This document shows positions 62,359 to 64,000 of a stretch of 64,000 nucleotides of DNA, piece after piece. The DNA lies in the NCBI GenBank assembly GCA_965207615.1, contig CBDBMZ010000003.1:139854-203853 (forward strand). Direction: 5' to 3'. The notes beneath the pieces were generated by a model, which had not been told where the DNA came from, made no database searches, and saw only the letters and a program-made list of their open reading frames with translations. Every line of letters begins with the position of its first letter. The stretch's first letter is position 1. Origin of the DNA: Vicinamibacterales bacterium. GTDB taxonomy: Bacteria > Acidobacteriota > Vicinamibacteria > Vicinamibacterales > UBA8438. The position numbers and the translations under genes were made by a program.

Positions 62359-62766
62359 ATGCAGTTTCTTGTCGTGCTGCACACCGAAACGGATCGCACC
62401 GACTATGGCGTCACCGTGCCGGACCTGCCGGGCTGCGTGTCGGCTGGTGACACCCTGGAACAAGCGCTCGCCAACGCCGGGGAGGCCATCCTCGGCCACC
62501 TGGAGGTCATGGTCGAGGATGGCAAGCCCGTGCCGGAGCCGAACAGCACGGTACCGCCGCTCGGCCCCGGTCAGATGATCGGCGCCGTCAAGGTCGACCT
62601 TGCCGAGCTGGAGGCGCTCCGCGAGACGGTCCGACTGAACATCTCGATGGCGCGCCGCACGCTGGAACGCATCGACGAGGCTGCCAGGCTAGCCGGAACC
62701 ACCCGTTCGGGATTCCTTGCGATGGCAGCCTTGGAGCACATCAACCGGCGCCAACAGGCCGGTTGA
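62359..62766 (+). CDS. hicB: HicB antitoxin with a C-terminal RHH/CopG-like DNA-binding domain
   Basis: ..YGVTVPDLPGCVSAGDTLEQALANAGEAILGHLE.. (HicB fold) and ..RLNISMARRTLERIDEAARLAGTTRSGFLAMAAL.. (RHH). Confidence 0.9.
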   Translation: MQFLVVLHTETDRTDYGVTVPDLPGCVSAGDTLEQALANAGEAILGHLEVMVEDGKPVPEPNSTVPPLGPGQMIGAVKVDLAELEALRETVRLNISMARRTLERIDEAARLAGTTRSGFLAMAALEHINRRQQAG

Positions 62767-62821
62767 ATCCTGGGGTGGGGCGCGCGCAACCGATCCCGTC
62801 GACCGGGCCGTTTCCGGAGAG

Positions 62822-64000
62822 TCAGCGAGGGGGTGGCGTCAACGTCCACAGGGTCAGCGTGTCGACGTCCTTGACGAAGATCCGGTCGCCGGAGATGGCG
62901 GGTTGGGCCCACGTTGGGCTGTCGGCGACGACATGGCGTGCGACCGGCTCGAAGCCGGCGCGGTCGGCCCGCGCCACGATCAGCTCGGCGTCGTCGTTGA
63001 GCAGGAACAGGAGGCGTTCCGTCTGGACGACGGCGGAGTTCTCGGCCTGACGCGGAGGCCCCAGCCACAGCGTCGCCCCGGTGTTCGCATCGAGGGCGAA
63101 GAACTGCCCCCGCCTGCGCTCGGACAGCCCGAACAGGGTGTCGGCGATCACGACGGGATTGGTCATCCCGGGCGAGACGTCATCGTTCCGCCATTCGGTG
63201 TCGACGACCCATTCGGCCCGCCGACGGCGCGGCCGGAGAGCTCGGATTCCCATGTTCTGGGCGCCGACGACGATTTTCCCGGCGTGCGCGATCGGGGTGA
63301 TCGCATGGGTGTACGGCGACGAGAACGGATGGGCCCAGAGCACGACGCCATCCCGCGCCGACAGGCCGACCACGTGATCCTGCGATATCGACACGACCTG
63401 GCGAACCCCGTCCAAGTCGACGACGAGCGGCGAGCTGTAGGTGAAGGTGCCCGCGGTGCTCCAGACGACCGCGCCGGTATCCCGGTCGAACGCGGTCAGC
63501 GCGTCGTAGTTGCCGGTGTGAACGAAGACGAGGCGGCCGTCGGCGGCTGGTGACGAGGCGGTGCCGTAGAAGGGCTGCTCGGCCGGCCTCGGGGTCTGCC
63601 ACAGGAGTCGGCCGTTCGCCGCGTCGAAGGCCGAGACGACGCCGCTCATGCCGAGCGTGAAGAGCGTGCCGTCGACGAACAGGGGAGTGGCCTTGGGTCC
63701 AGGACCGTGGTTGGCGGTGGCCGCGAACATGTCGTACTGCGCGGCGTACGCCGTTCGCCAGAGCACGCTGCCGGTTTCGGCGTTCAACGCCGTCATCACC
63801 TCGTCGCCGTTCCGGCGCGTGAACATGAAGACGCGGTGGCCGACGATGATCGGCGTGGCGTAGCCGTGGCCGACGGGTACGGTCCACCGTCGTGACAGTT
63901 CGGCGGGCCAGGAGGACGGCTCGATGAGCCCGCTCGCGGCCCCGTCGCGGTCGCGCCCCCGCCACTGCGGATAGTCGAGCCGTTCCGACTGCGCGGCCGC
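62822..64000 (-). CDS. PQQ-like beta-propeller repeat protein (BamB-like fold); 5' end outside window
   Basis: The frame stays open to the window edge (..YPQWRGRDRDGAASG..VGHGYATPIIVGHRVFMFTRR..). Repeated ..ALDA.TG..LW.. blade motifs. Confidence 0.75.
   Translation of the reverse strand, partial: AAAQSERLDYPQWRGRDRDGAASGLIEPSSWPAELSRRWTVPVGHGYATPIIVGHRVFMFTRRNGDEVMTALNAETGSVLWRTAYAAQYDMFAATANHGPGPKATPLFVDGTLFTLGMSGVVSAFDAANGRLLWQTPRPAEQPFYGTASSPAADGRLVFVHTGNYDALTAFDRDTGAVVWSTAGTFTYSSPLVVDLDGVRQVVSISQDHVVGLSARDGVVLWAHPFSSPYTHAITPIAHAGKIVVGAQNMGIRALRPRRRRAEWVVDTEWRNDDVSPGMTNPVVIADTLFGLSERRRGQFFALDANTGATLWLGPPRQAENSAVVQTERLLFLLNDDAELIVARADRAGFEPVARHVVADSPTWAQPAISGDRIFVKDVDTLTLWTLTPPPR

Noticed and set aside
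1-64000. Search by eye for tRNA, rRNA or tmRNA genes, CRISPR arrays, T4SS or coupling-protein genes, reverse transcriptases, and large ATPase/nuclease defence genes
   Set aside because: No T-loop-like GGTTCGAnnCC in a tRNA-like context, no short regularly spaced repeats, and none of those protein signatures in any frame of the ORF track. A tRNAscan or defence-finder run would be the proper confirmation.

Overview
High-GC window, roughly 70% by eye. The gene content (ADOP-type duplicated permease, a DUF1552 remnant, a PEGA lipoprotein, many Tat/Sec-exported periplasmic oxidoreductases) suggests an Acidobacteriota- or Gemmatimonadota-like host; that is inference only. The window has two parts.

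(1) 1-42.74 kb is accessory/mobile DNA.
- It contains an RSF1010-like mobilisation module: mobC, an oriT whose 12-nt nick core TAAGTGCGCCCT is an exact match, and a MOBQ relaxase.
- The relaxase is interrupted by a -1 frameshift at G_GGG_AGA_TGA. It carries a ~1370-aa non-primase extension that includes a 1.09-kb tandem duplication.
- An intact 7-gene minus-strand operon follows: outer-membrane factor, adaptor, RND pump, two P450s, an MpaB/Lcp-family oxygenase and Idi.
- Next is a 'junkyard' of scattered Tn3-family tnpA fragments, an IS1111-subgroup IS110-family element with a long 3' non-coding tail, an IS21 fragment, a decayed integrase, decayed ankyrin, SpoIIE and Excalibur genes, and several repeat families.
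- The part ends with an ADOP permease and an AlpA / membrane protein / P4-type integrase module.
- The integrase abuts a 14-bp palindrome at 42724-42737. Immediately past it, a PQQ-dehydrogenase paralogue begins abruptly at about codon 307. I read this as an island-chromosome junction. No T4SS or coupling protein is present, so the region looks like one or more integrative mobilisable elements, not a self-transmissible ICE.

(2) 42.74-64 kb looks chromosomal, and every gene in it is intact.
- Genes: a DUF3667 protein, a CDA-fold deaminase, three secreted proteins, an alpha/beta hydrolase, a SoxCD/SorAB-like molybdoenzyme with cytochrome c, an XoxF-like PQQ dehydrogenase, a CBM9/DUF5916 protein, a 7-bladed lactonase and a second PQQ dehydrogenase.
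- It also holds a low-GC islet (membrane protein plus hicAB) and a 5'-partial PQQ-like propeller gene.

I saw no rRNA, tRNA or CRISPR. Many long ORFs in the supplied track are GC-driven shadow frames.
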